A DNA stretch of 64,000 nt from Bdellovibrionales bacterium (lineage in GTDB: Bacteria > Bdellovibrionota > Bdellovibrionia > Bdellovibrionales > JAGQZY01), in assembly GCA_964230645.1 (NCBI GenBank), contig CAXRHT010000001.1:864001-928000 (forward strand), read 5' to 3'. The position numbers and the translations under genes are program-made. Positions 38,778 through 48,060 of the stretch are shown here, in pieces; position 1 is the stretch's first letter; every line of letters begins with the position of its first letter. The notes under the pieces were generated by a model. That model made no database searches. It worked only from the letters and a program-made list of their open reading frames with translations, and was not told where the DNA came from.

Positions 38778-39635
38778 TTAGAAAATAGACTTACAAAGCC
38801 TAGCTCTCAGTGGCATCACCACATTGGTGTGATCCAAAGGCTTTTCGTTTTCGACGTTACGACGATTGAGAGCGCTGATGGAAAGACCATCTGACCAACC
38901 TCTTGCTTCAAGTTGCAAAAACCTCGTTTTTAAATCTTCAATGGCACTCATGTAACTCTCAATAAATTCAGAATCTCTGGGGAAGCTCTCCCCTAGCTCA
39001 TGAAGTCCGTAGTTAGCCATCTTGTGTGATTCTCCAGGCAGAAGACTTCTTAGTGGCGAGATGGCACGGTAGCTCACAAAGCCAAGCTTAGTTCTTCCTT
39101 CGGTTAAAACAAGGCCTGCGTTCACATTCATAATAAGGCTATTGATCTCAACAATTCGTAAGGGAAGCCTTTTTGCTCGAAGTTCCAAAACCTCTTCAGT
39201 CACACCCTCTGATTGAGAAAGAATGGATACAAAATCTTGAGCCATGTCCATTTTGCTGGAGCGGTCGGAAGCATAGACACCAGGGCGAAGTTCCATTATT
39301 TGATCAAGCTTACCTGGTTCATCTTCAACCACAAATTCGGTGAGCTCATAAGTGTTAATTCCATTCTGCTCATAAGCTCGTATAGGAACAATTTTATCGA
39401 TCTCTACTAGAAGTTCTGTAGCACTTAAGCGAGAAATCCTAGCACCAACTGTGACGTGCACAGAGGGATGGGGCTCCACTAAGTGAAGACCATTTTGATC
39501 AACCCCTAATTCAATTTGAAAGTTCTCATCAGAAGAAGAAAGTGTGAGAGCTAGCTCCGTTTCAAAGGCATCACTCTGTTGAGCAAAAGCAGGAAACCAT
39601 AGGACTAAGGAGAGGAGAATTAAAAATGTGCGCAT
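38778..39635 (-). CDS. Secreted hypothetical protein, tandem paralog
   Basis: Signal peptide; aligns with 39708-40559 (PIRAYE, YELTEFV, SEGVTEEV, EARGWS); ends CKSIF. Confidence 0.78.
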   Translation of the reverse strand: MRTFLILLSLVLWFPAFAQQSDAFETELALTLSSSDENFQIELGVDQNGLHLVEPHPSVHVTVGARISRLSATELLVEIDKIVPIRAYEQNGINTYELTEFVVEDEPGKLDQIMELRPGVYASDRSSKMDMAQDFVSILSQSEGVTEEVLELRAKRLPLRIVEINSLIMNVNAGLVLTEGRTKLGFVSYRAISPLRSLLPGESHKMANYGLHELGESFPRDSEFIESYMSAIEDLKTRFLQLEARGWSDGLSISALNRRNVENEKPLDHTNVVMPLRARLCKSIF

Positions 39636-39707
39636 AAAAGGGGGTGTAGCATAGGCAAGGCTTTGCCATGAGGAGAATTTAAAAAGATGTAAAAAAATCA
39701 CTGAAAC

Positions 39708-40559
39708 CTAAAAGATCTTCTGGCAGCTCGGTGCCATAAGGGGATAAACCACATTGGTGTAATCGATAGCCTCTTCTCCCTCATCAAGGGATCTTTGGTT
39801 CTCAGCGCCCATTAAAAACCCAAAGGACCAACCTCTGGCTTCGATCGCTTGGTTTCTAACCCTTAGATCACTAATCGCTGCAAGATATCTTTGAATAAAA
39901 GAGTCTTCAGGAGAAAAAGCCTCACCCATATCTTTTATCATGTAGTTTGCATTTATCCCTCGGCCCACAGAAAAAACATCTCCAAGGGGTCGTGCCCTAT
40001 AGCTTAGGGTTTGAAGAGAACTTCGGCCTTCTTTTAGAACAGTTTCCCCTTCTACAAATAGAATCATGCTTTCAAGCTCGACTAAATGAAGAGGACTCCC
40101 CTGATCCATAAGCTGAGAAACCTCTTCGGTCACCCCCTCTGAGTTTTCCACTTGATTGACAAAATCAAGAGCCTCTTCCGTTGTTCCATTTTCAACATTA
40201 GCAAAATGACCCGGGCGAAGATTCATAATTTTATCAAGCCTTTGAGGCTCAACTTCAATAACAAACTCGGAGAGTTCATACATTACAATTTCGCCTCTCT
40301 CATAAGCTCTCACCGGAACACTTTCTGGAAGGCTCACTAAAACTTCACTCTCTCCCATTCTGGTAAAATGAGCACGTACTGAAAGGCGCAATTTATCCTT
40401 GGGCCTTACTACATAAAGCCCTTCTCTTTCATGACCAACTTCCATCACATATTCGGGATCAAAAGAAATAAGAGATAAGCTGACATTCGCCTCAAAGGCC
40501 TCCTGCGCGAGGCAGGAGACCGAGGCACACATCAACAATAAAACAACAAAAGAACGCAT
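39708..40559 (-). CDS. Secreted hypothetical protein, tandem paralog
   Basis: Signal peptide; PVRAYE, YELSEFV, SEGVTEEV, EARGWS; ends CQKIF. Confidence 0.78.
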   Translation of the reverse strand: MRSFVVLLLMCASVSCLAQEAFEANVSLSLISFDPEYVMEVGHEREGLYVVRPKDKLRLSVRAHFTRMGESEVLVSLPESVPVRAYERGEIVMYELSEFVIEVEPQRLDKIMNLRPGHFANVENGTTEEALDFVNQVENSEGVTEEVSQLMDQGSPLHLVELESMILFVEGETVLKEGRSSLQTLSYRARPLGDVFSVGRGINANYMIKDMGEAFSPEDSFIQRYLAAISDLRVRNQAIEARGWSFGFLMGAENQRSLDEGEEAIDYTNVVYPLMAPSCQKIF

Positions 40560-40728
40560 GAACTATTATGTACCACAGCCCAAAAAGAAAAAAGAGTAGG
40601 CAAAATTTTCATGTCAACAGAGTGATCAAGATCAAAGGAAAAATAAGCATAAAAGAGCTGTCTACTCTCTTAACAGGTGATTTTTTCCCTCTATCTAAAA
40701 CGCGTTAAAGAAACATATAATCCCTTCT

Positions 40729-41565
40729 ATGCGCATAAACGGGAAAGCTCTTATTTTAATACTTTTATTAACAGTGTTTTCAAACACCGTGCTTGCGCAA
40801 CTAAGCTACCGCGAGTACCGCTCCATTCGTTCCATTGGTGAACAAATTCTCGATCGTTTTCCCCCTGAGGACTTTCAGTATGTGGGCCTTGGTGCAAGTC
40901 CCACAGCCGTTATCGCCTATTTGGAATCCGTACTGGGTCCCGAAGCGGTTACCCATTTACCTCTTACAAACGGCATAATGTTAGCTCGGCATTACGAACT
41001 TCACTCGGAGACCTCTTCTCATCCTGAAGAAATTCTCAATCACCACTTTGACACTTTTCTTCCCCAGAAATTTACATCAAAGAAAAATATCCTAGTGATC
41101 GATTTTGCTAACACAGGGCTTTCTCTACAATTTGTCCATAAACGTTTAACGGATTATTTATTAGATCGTCCGGAGCGCGACCTCAACTTAGTCACTCTGG
41201 CTCTAGGAAGAAGAAAACTCTTTTTAGAAGCCTTGAGAGAGACAGGGCTTGAAACCTTAAGACTCTCAAACTTTGCCTACCATCTTTTTCTATCCCAAAG
41301 GTTTGATGAATTCAGGCGTTTTAAAAAATTAGACCTCTCAAGAGTCGACACCTTAAGAGGTTATAAACCACCAGAGATCAATAGATCTCCTCTTAGTTTT
41401 GACGAGTACCGAGAAATCATACGCCAAGACCATTTCGCCCCTGGTGATTACGACCACCTTCTAAGAGGCCTACAGGTACAGATGAAAAAAGACCCTCTTA
41501 ATCGAGATTTTTACGCTCCCAGAGAGTTCCAATCACCTATCCTCTATTGTCATTCTGTTTTCTGA
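40729..41565 (+). CDS. Secreted hypothetical protein (weak PRTase-like motif)
   Basis: Signal peptide; YVGLGASP, ILVIDFANTG.SL; ends CHSVF. Confidence 0.7.
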   Translation: MRINGKALILILLLTVFSNTVLAQLSYREYRSIRSIGEQILDRFPPEDFQYVGLGASPTAVIAYLESVLGPEAVTHLPLTNGIMLARHYELHSETSSHPEEILNHHFDTFLPQKFTSKKNILVIDFANTGLSLQFVHKRLTDYLLDRPERDLNLVTLALGRRKLFLEALRETGLETLRLSNFAYHLFLSQRFDEFRRFKKLDLSRVDTLRGYKPPEINRSPLSFDEYREIIRQDHFAPGDYDHLLRGLQVQMKKDPLNRDFYAPREFQSPILYCHSVF

Positions 41566-41622
41566 ACTGAAAAAAACCTCTGCCCTCAGAATCTCATCTG
41601 ATAAAAAAGAAACGTCTAAAGA

Positions 41623-41934
41623 TTATTTCTTATAGATTCCAAGGTTCAAGACTTCCACTGAAACCTTACCTTCTTTAATTAGCTCACTCGCCCTGTCATA
41701 GAGATTAGAAGCCATTTGCTCAAGAAGCCCAGGGTCTCTACCAGAAAGCAGTTTTAAGGTAATCGCCGTATGAGGCTCTCCACTCACACTTCCTGCAAAA
41801 GAAATCCCAGGAGAATAAAACCTCGTTTTAACAGCTTCAATGGAAACTGTTTCCTGCTCCCCCATAAGCTTGTGCAAATTTTCAACGGTTTCTGAGGGTA
41901 GCTCAAGTGAGCTCTCAATAATTAAGTGTGGCAT
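41623..41934 (-). CDS. Tautomerase/CHMI-family isomerase
   Basis: N-terminal MPHLIIE (catalytic Pro), VKTR, LLSGR. Confidence 0.8.
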   Translation of the reverse strand: MPHLIIESSLELPSETVENLHKLMGEQETVSIEAVKTRFYSPGISFAGSVSGEPHTAITLKLLSGRDPGLLEQMASNLYDRASELIKEGKVSVEVLNLGIYKK

Positions 41935-42096
41935 CTTTTAAATCTCCCAAATTGAACCAAGAGTGGTTTGATATCCCATAGATAGGGAAGAGTCCAATGA
42001 TTTGAATCTGCCAATCACTCCCCCCCCACCAGAACCTAGGTCTAGGTCCCCGCTCTCTTAATGACTAAGAGTCCTTTTCTAGTAGACTTTAGTCTT

Positions 42097-42777
42097 ATGA
42101 AAACAATGATCTTAATAATCGCCTTTTTAGTGACAAGTCTTGGGGCCCAGGCCTATGAAACCTGCGCCACGGAGAGTTTAAATTCCAAAGAGAATCGCCT
42201 CCTATTAATGACTGATGACTCATTATCTCCAACGGTTTGGACTCAAGATGAAGCCAAAGACCTAAGCTTTTGCATAAGTCCTGACTTCAACAACGAATAC
42301 GACAAACTAGAAACAGCTCTTAGGTGGGCCGCTAATGAATGGATGAGTGTTGCTAACGTAGACTTTCTTTTACGAGAGGATCTCTCCTGTGAGACAAATT
42401 CCAATGTTTTATTCCCAGTGATTAAAGCCCCAAGAAGGGCACGCTATGCTGCCCGCGCCTTTTTCCCCAATTACCCCATTAAAAAGCAGCGCATCCAAGT
42501 CAGGCAACAACATGTTAGAAACCAAGCTCTAGGTGAAATAAAATGGCTCATGCTTCACGAGTTAGGACATGTCCTAGGATTTAGACACGAACATATCCAT
42601 CCTGACCAAGGTGGCAGCTGCCCCGAAAAAAATGGTGCTAATTACGTTGATCTCACAGTCTACGATCCACTCTCGGTCATGCACTATGCTTTATGTAAGG
42701 ATAATAAGACTAAAAACTTCGTACTTTCTGAAAAAGACAAAGAAGGGGCCGAAGCCACCTACCCTTTTACCAGATAA
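42097..42777 (+). CDS. Secreted metzincin zinc metalloprotease (M57/M10/astacin-like)
   Basis: HELGHVLGFRHEH and SVMHY Met-turn. Confidence 0.85.
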   Translation: MKTMILIIAFLVTSLGAQAYETCATESLNSKENRLLLMTDDSLSPTVWTQDEAKDLSFCISPDFNNEYDKLETALRWAANEWMSVANVDFLLREDLSCETNSNVLFPVIKAPRRARYAARAFFPNYPIKKQRIQVRQQHVRNQALGEIKWLMLHELGHVLGFRHEHIHPDQGGSCPEKNGANYVDLTVYDPLSVMHYALCKDNKTKNFVLSEKDKEGAEATYPFTR

Positions 42778-42798
42778 ACTGAAAGTCCCTAAATTTAT

Positions 42799-42993
42799 TT
42801 AATAATGCGGAGGAGGTGTCTCAAGGCTAGCGTCTTTGAGTCCAGAGTCATCCTTAGCTTCAATAGCCGTTTTGACAATTTTCTCAAGGGATTCCACTTC
42901 TTTGCGAAGTTCGATGACTACATTATTAAGGTCCTCAATAATCTGATCCTGATAGGTAATTTTAGTTTCTAATTCTGTAAGACGCTCTTCCAT
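42799..42993 (-). CDS. slyX: SlyX family protein
   Basis: MEERLTELETKITYQD..IEDLN..V, terminal PPPHY. Confidence 0.9.
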   Translation of the reverse strand: MEERLTELETKITYQDQIIEDLNNVVIELRKEVESLEKIVKTAIEAKDDSGLKDASLETPPPHY

Positions 42994-43260
42994 GGCCAGT
43001 AACTACCACCGAACCTCTTCCTGAGAAATGACTTTTTTCTCCAAAGCAAGCCGAGCCCAAAGAACCCTGCAAGCTCTTGAAATTTGAAATATTTAAACGA
43101 ATCCAAAGCCCTCCTGACGAAAACCCCTTTAAATGCTCAAAATAAAAGCACACCCAGCCAACACCCACGAAAATCCCCAATTAAAACCCCACCGAATCAT
43201 TTGACTTTAAGCCCCAAATTCTAGATAACCAAGGGTCTCAAAAATAAGAGAAGACCTACT

Positions 43261-43340
<80 letters not shown>

Positions 43341-43694
43341 TTAGGCTCATTCAATTGAGCCATTTTCTCAACTACCCAATTTTGTTAACCAATGGAATCA
43401 GCCGCTTAGAGTGTTCGCCCCTTCGAAGTATCATTTTTAATCAGCAAATTTCTTTAAGTTTGCCAGATTCAATGCCTGATTTTGCCTGACGATTTATTGT
43501 TCCAATATATAAATAGATGACAGCGTCTTATCCCAACATTTAAGCAACTTTAGTTCTCTTCACTGAGGCAACAGCGCAGTCACATTAAAAGTTAAACTTT
43601 ATCTACGACAATGCATCCCACAAAATTCTGTTTTTGTTTGTATTGCAAAATGTAATCAATAATTATTGCATAAAGTATTTCTAAGGAGGGGAAG

Positions 43695-43901
43695 ATGGAA
43701 ACTTTAGCTCTACAAAAGAAAAACAAGAGGGACTCAACTTTAACCGTTAGACTCCCCGAAAACATCTACACTAAAGTAAAACGAATTGCGAAAAATCTTA
43801 ATCGTAGCCAATCAGAGATTGTTGAACTTGGAATACTGTTGGTCGATAAAGAGTTCCAAAAAAAGTTTGGAAACAAAAAAAGAGAAAAAGGCTCCAAATG
43901 A
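43695..43901 (+). CDS. Ribbon-helix-helix (CopG/Arc-like) regulator
   Basis: STLTVRLPENIY..VKRIA..NRSQSEIV; AAGGAGG RBS; ATGA overlap with next gene. Confidence 0.8.
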   Translation: METLALQKKNKRDSTLTVRLPENIYTKVKRIAKNLNRSQSEIVELGILLVDKEFQKKFGNKKREKGSK

Positions 43902-45451
43902 GCACATCTTCTCTAGGCTCTATAAATCTTCAGAAGTACCTGTCAGGTTGTGGTGGCGCTGTGCGTGGCACCATGTTGAATGACTGTAAGAACAGATTTT
44001 ATTCAGAAGACTACGAGTTCCGGACATTAAAGAAAAGCTTGATAGCAATCTCCAAGAAAAACGGCACCGGTGACACCGTGGTATTTCCTGCAACTATTCC
44101 TATTTCTCCTGAGATAGTTGCTTTTATGGGGTTATATAGCGGTGATGGAGCCAAAGGCAGTGAGGACCCCAAAAAACCAGGTGCACTGAAAACCTCTATT
44201 GCGTTCTCACAAAGAGAACCTAATTTAGTAAAATTTGCCGTTGGTTCATTCAGATACCTATTTGGTTCCAGTGTTAGATTTACTTACTCTCTTGGCGAAG
44301 ACAGTGCCTACTTTATGGCAGACGAAGGGCTTGAAAAGCTTAAAAAACACTACAATGGGAAATTACCAAGAATACCAAAGCTTAGCTCCATTAGAACCAA
44401 TTTAAATGCTGCAGATGTACGCTACTTACAAGAAAGACGACCCGTTCCTGGTAGTAATGAGGAGCACTTGGCCTTCTATTATTTTCACAAAGCAGCAATG
44501 GAAAAGATCTTGGCCGCCGAAAAGCTAAAAGAGATTCAGAGAGCAGGGATAAGTATTGGCCGGGAAGATAAAATTAGAGCCTCCCTTCGGAGGCCATTCA
44601 AAAAAGGCGCGAGGTCTCCAGGGGGAAGCAGCCGATCCGACGAGTTGTACCTTGGTGGCTTGAATGGTTTTGGCGAATTGTTTTTGCGGATCCTGCAAAG
44701 TGCTGAAGAAACTCTCCTGGAAAACATTGAAAAGTCTAGGGATGACCTCATCCACTGGGAAAAGAAGCCTGAAGAAGGTACCACACTAGATTTATATGAT
44801 TTTTTTACTAATAGTAAGTACTCAAAAATTGAAGGCAGCAGTCCGAAAGTTGAACAATCTGGTCCATATCAACTAAAAGCTAAGTGGGGGACAGGAAAAG
44901 AACTTCTAATAAATAGCAAAATCGACATCAGCCCCCTTTGGCTATATGGTGCAGGACTTTATCTTGCTGAAGGAAGCACTCCTAAGAGCAAATTTTTTTC
45001 GATGTATAAAAGAAAAGAGACTGGGTTTGCAGTTGGATTCACCTCTTCTGAGGGAGCTAGCTTAGAGCTCTACTTAAAATGCCTACAGAAAATTTTTCGC
45101 AAAGAGGATTGCGTTTCAAATTGGAAAATCAAAGTTGGATCACAATATTTCCCCGAACTTGTTAATATTGGGCTGAAATGGGGTATGCCTATGTTGCGCG
45201 GTGGGAATAGCGGAGATGGCAAACTAAGAACGGCCGAAATTTCAATCGACCTTAAAGACTGGGGCCTAAATGTCGCTGACTACCTAAAAAACTATGAAGA
45301 ACTTTTCACTCACGTTGAGCCAACAGGCGCTGGCGTCCCAAGGGTTGATGTTTCAGCGTCCTCAGCATTATCAAAATGGTTTTTTACCTTAATGATGTAC
45401 AGTGTCTTTCATAGAATTTCACCAAACCCAAAGGATGACTTCTGTGATTAA
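43898..45451 (+). CDS. Putative endonuclease with two LAGLIDADG-like domains
   Basis: ISPEIVAFMGLYSGDG (D83)..IAFSQRE and ISPLWLYGAGLYLAEGS (E358)..VGFTSSE; internal duplication. Confidence 0.6.
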   Translation: MSTSSLGSINLQKYLSGCGGAVRGTMLNDCKNRFYSEDYEFRTLKKSLIAISKKNGTGDTVVFPATIPISPEIVAFMGLYSGDGAKGSEDPKKPGALKTSIAFSQREPNLVKFAVGSFRYLFGSSVRFTYSLGEDSAYFMADEGLEKLKKHYNGKLPRIPKLSSIRTNLNAADVRYLQERRPVPGSNEEHLAFYYFHKAAMEKILAAEKLKEIQRAGISIGREDKIRASLRRPFKKGARSPGGSSRSDELYLGGLNGFGELFLRILQSAEETLLENIEKSRDDLIHWEKKPEEGTTLDLYDFFTNSKYSKIEGSSPKVEQSGPYQLKAKWGTGKELLINSKIDISPLWLYGAGLYLAEGSTPKSKFFSMYKRKETGFAVGFTSSEGASLELYLKCLQKIFRKEDCVSNWKIKVGSQYFPELVNIGLKWGMPMLRGGNSGDGKLRTAEISIDLKDWGLNVADYLKNYEELFTHVEPTGAGVPRVDVSASSALSKWFFTLMMYSVFHRISPNPKDDFCD

Positions 45452-46436
45452 CAGCCTAATAATACCGTGCCCATTACAACCAGGTACTGAGATAGAATGT
45501 CCAGAGGAAGCCAAAGAATATCTTGCTGAATACCTCGAAAGCGTTTCTTCTTCGATTGAAGAAGAATGCCTCTCTGCCTCAATGTTAATGTCAGCTACAT
45601 ACGCTGACTTCATTCTAAATTCTAAGATTACAGAAAACTGGTTAGATATTTTTGAATCTCAATTACTTGATGGAGATAGTACTCCAGTCGAGTACACAGA
45701 ATGCTTTGGAAAGCAGCTGTATAAATTCAATTGCTGGAAACAAACGACCGTCCATTCAAATTATGTCTGGTGGTGGCTCAGCTCAACACTTGGAAACGAT
45801 ATAACAGAGAAAGTATTGGACAACCTCACTACGTTCAAACAGGGCTCAGGTTGGTTCTTTAATAAAGAGGTCAGCTGCACAAACCCTAGAACAAGAATGA
45901 AAACAGAACTATTGATGAATTTGTCACTGACAGCTGAAATTGCAAAGGCCTCTGATACTCAAAGAACACTTATTGCAAACCTGGAAAGCACAGCCTCTTC
46001 AGTGCCAAATCTAGGATTTTTAGGAGCAGAGTATTATAGGGCAAAATGCCTATCAATGGAGAATGAACAGTTTCAAGCCAACGATTTAGAGGCACTTTTT
46101 GATGCATGCTCCACGCCTATTGGCTTCAGTGATTTTAATGTAACATCAAAGAAAGATGATTACATGGGAACAGCTAAAAGGGTTGGTAGGGACGCAGCAA
46201 TAATGTCGCCAATAATCAATCTTTATGCACATGAACTAAGCCCCCTCGTCAATGATGAAACAAAGACCAAAATTCTAGTGGGTGTCAAAAGTGCTATGAG
46301 GTTTTTGGAAGATAACCCTCTAAATTTACCAGGATACACAATAAGGGACACAGGTTTTTTATTCGGAAGTGGCGTAACCCCTAACGAAGTAATTAGCTCA
46401 ATTTTTTTGTTAAACCTTCAACATCATGGATTATAG
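45435..46436 (+). CDS. Hypothetical protein in methyltransferase operon (possible alpha/alpha barrel)
   Basis: Overlaps upstream stop; start ATG 45435 or GTG 45444; one QGSGW motif. Confidence 0.65.
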   Translation: MTSVINSLIIPCPLQPGTEIECPEEAKEYLAEYLESVSSSIEEECLSASMLMSATYADFILNSKITENWLDIFESQLLDGDSTPVEYTECFGKQLYKFNCWKQTTVHSNYVWWWLSSTLGNDITEKVLDNLTTFKQGSGWFFNKEVSCTNPRTRMKTELLMNLSLTAEIAKASDTQRTLIANLESTASSVPNLGFLGAEYYRAKCLSMENEQFQANDLEALFDACSTPIGFSDFNVTSKKDDYMGTAKRVGRDAAIMSPIINLYAHELSPLVNDETKTKILVGVKSAMRFLEDNPLNLPGYTIRDTGFLFGSGVTPNEVISSIFLLNLQHHGL

Positions 46437-46456
46437 ACCAATAAAAGGAGAACTCG

Positions 46457-48058
46457 TTGAAACACAACTATGATCAACAGCTTGAATTTGACGAAGTCAA
46501 TAGCGGAGAAGACAAAAATATGCTCTTTCCTAAAACCTATATACAGCCATTTGAGCGAGTTTTAGCAGAGCTCGAATTAAATACTTTTGTAGATAAAAAA
46601 TTCGACCTAGCCAGCTATGACATCAGCTCCGACGAACTAAAGCCAATTAGCCCTCCCCCAAAGCACAATGAATTCCTAAACAGAACTGCTTACTGGGAAA
46701 GGATAGGCCCCGGAAAACAACACCTATCACTTCAAGTAAAAGTTGAAGCCACTCAAGCGCTTAATATCAAGTCAAAACTACATCGCGCAAGAAGGCTTCG
46801 GTACGGACCCCATGATTTCCACGAATACCGCGGCAAGTTTTTTCCACAGCTTGTCAGGTCAATATTGAATATTACCCATGTTGAAGTCGGTGCTACTGTC
46901 CTTGATCCATTTAGTGGGTCCGGGACAACTCTTGCTGAGGCCACCTCAACGGGCATGAAAACAATTGGTACCGACATGAATCCCCTATCTGTACTCGTAT
47001 CAAAAGCTAAGACTGAAATTTATCAACTTGGACATAGGCAATTAGAACGACTGATTAAAAAACTTATATCGAATGTTAATAAATACGACGGGACACAAGA
47101 AGACCTTAAAAAAGTCTGGTCCCAGACTGATATAGAGTACCTTGAGAGATGGTTTCCAAGGCATACGTTGAATGAACTAGCTTTTGTCAGAAGAACTTGT
47201 GACAAAATTAGCAACAAGGACAACGTCGTAATCTTTCATGCCTGGCTCAGTAATATTATCAGAGGCGTCTCATGGCAAAAGGCCGAAGACCTTCGCGTTC
47301 GAAAAGAAATTCGAAAAATCCCAAAAAACGAAGCAATAAGGAATTTCTTGTCTGAAGTTGAAAAGCAAACATCCCGAGTATTGCCTTACCTTGAAGTATT
47401 AGAACAACACGAGCCTAGTTTCCATACAGCAAAGGTATTGCTGTCAGACGCAAGAAGCCTCACAACCTCACATCCAGACCTTTTGGGAAGAGTTGACTCA
47501 ATTATTACATCGCCACCATACGCAACAGCGCTCCCTTATCTAGACACAGATAGATTAAGCCTGATAGTTCTGGGGCTACTTCCTAGGAACCAGCATAGAA
47601 GTCAAGAAACCGACATGATTGGTACTCGGGAAGTAACTGAGCGAAAGCGAAAAGACCTATGGGATACTTATCTTTCGCGAAAAAATGAGCTCCCAAACTC
47701 AATTACCACCGTCATTGACCTGGTTGCGAAGCATAACCATCAGGATGAGGTAGGATTCCGCCGCAGAAACCTACCTGCCTTATTAGGTAAGTATTTTCTC
47801 GACATGGCTGATGTATTAAACGAGTCAAAGGCCGCCCTGAGACCCAAAGGATATGCTACATACGTGGTAGGAAACAATAGCACCAATCTTAGCGGCCAAA
47901 AAACTATTATTCCTACAGATGAGTTCCTATGGGAGCTAGGAGAACATATAGGATTAAAACAAGTCAGAGCGATCAATATGGAACTACTCACCTCTAGAGA
48001 TATATTCAAAGAAAACAGGGGCTCTAGCGAAACAATTTTAATTTTTCAAAAGGATTAA
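46457..48058 (+). CDS. DNA amino-methyltransferase, alpha class, probably m4C
   Basis: HEYRGKFFPQL, VLDPFSGSGTT (motif I), ITSPPY (motif IV); TTG start with AAGGAG. Confidence 0.9.
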   Translation: MKHNYDQQLEFDEVNSGEDKNMLFPKTYIQPFERVLAELELNTFVDKKFDLASYDISSDELKPISPPPKHNEFLNRTAYWERIGPGKQHLSLQVKVEATQALNIKSKLHRARRLRYGPHDFHEYRGKFFPQLVRSILNITHVEVGATVLDPFSGSGTTLAEATSTGMKTIGTDMNPLSVLVSKAKTEIYQLGHRQLERLIKKLISNVNKYDGTQEDLKKVWSQTDIEYLERWFPRHTLNELAFVRRTCDKISNKDNVVIFHAWLSNIIRGVSWQKAEDLRVRKEIRKIPKNEAIRNFLSEVEKQTSRVLPYLEVLEQHEPSFHTAKVLLSDARSLTTSHPDLLGRVDSIITSPPYATALPYLDTDRLSLIVLGLLPRNQHRSQETDMIGTREVTERKRKDLWDTYLSRKNELPNSITTVIDLVAKHNHQDEVGFRRRNLPALLGKYFLDMADVLNESKAALRPKGYATYVVGNNSTNLSGQKTIIPTDEFLWELGEHIGLKQVRAINMELLTSRDIFKENRGSSETILIFQKD

Positions 48059-48060
48059 GA

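Noticed and set aside
39654..39669. Sigma54 promoter TGGCAAAGCCTTGC
   Set aside because: GG-GC spacing is 9, not the required 10
43898..45451. Intron- or intein-encoded homing endonuclease
   Set aside because: No interrupted host gene, no intein C-terminal HN motif, no evident intron; it is coupled within an RHH/MTase operon
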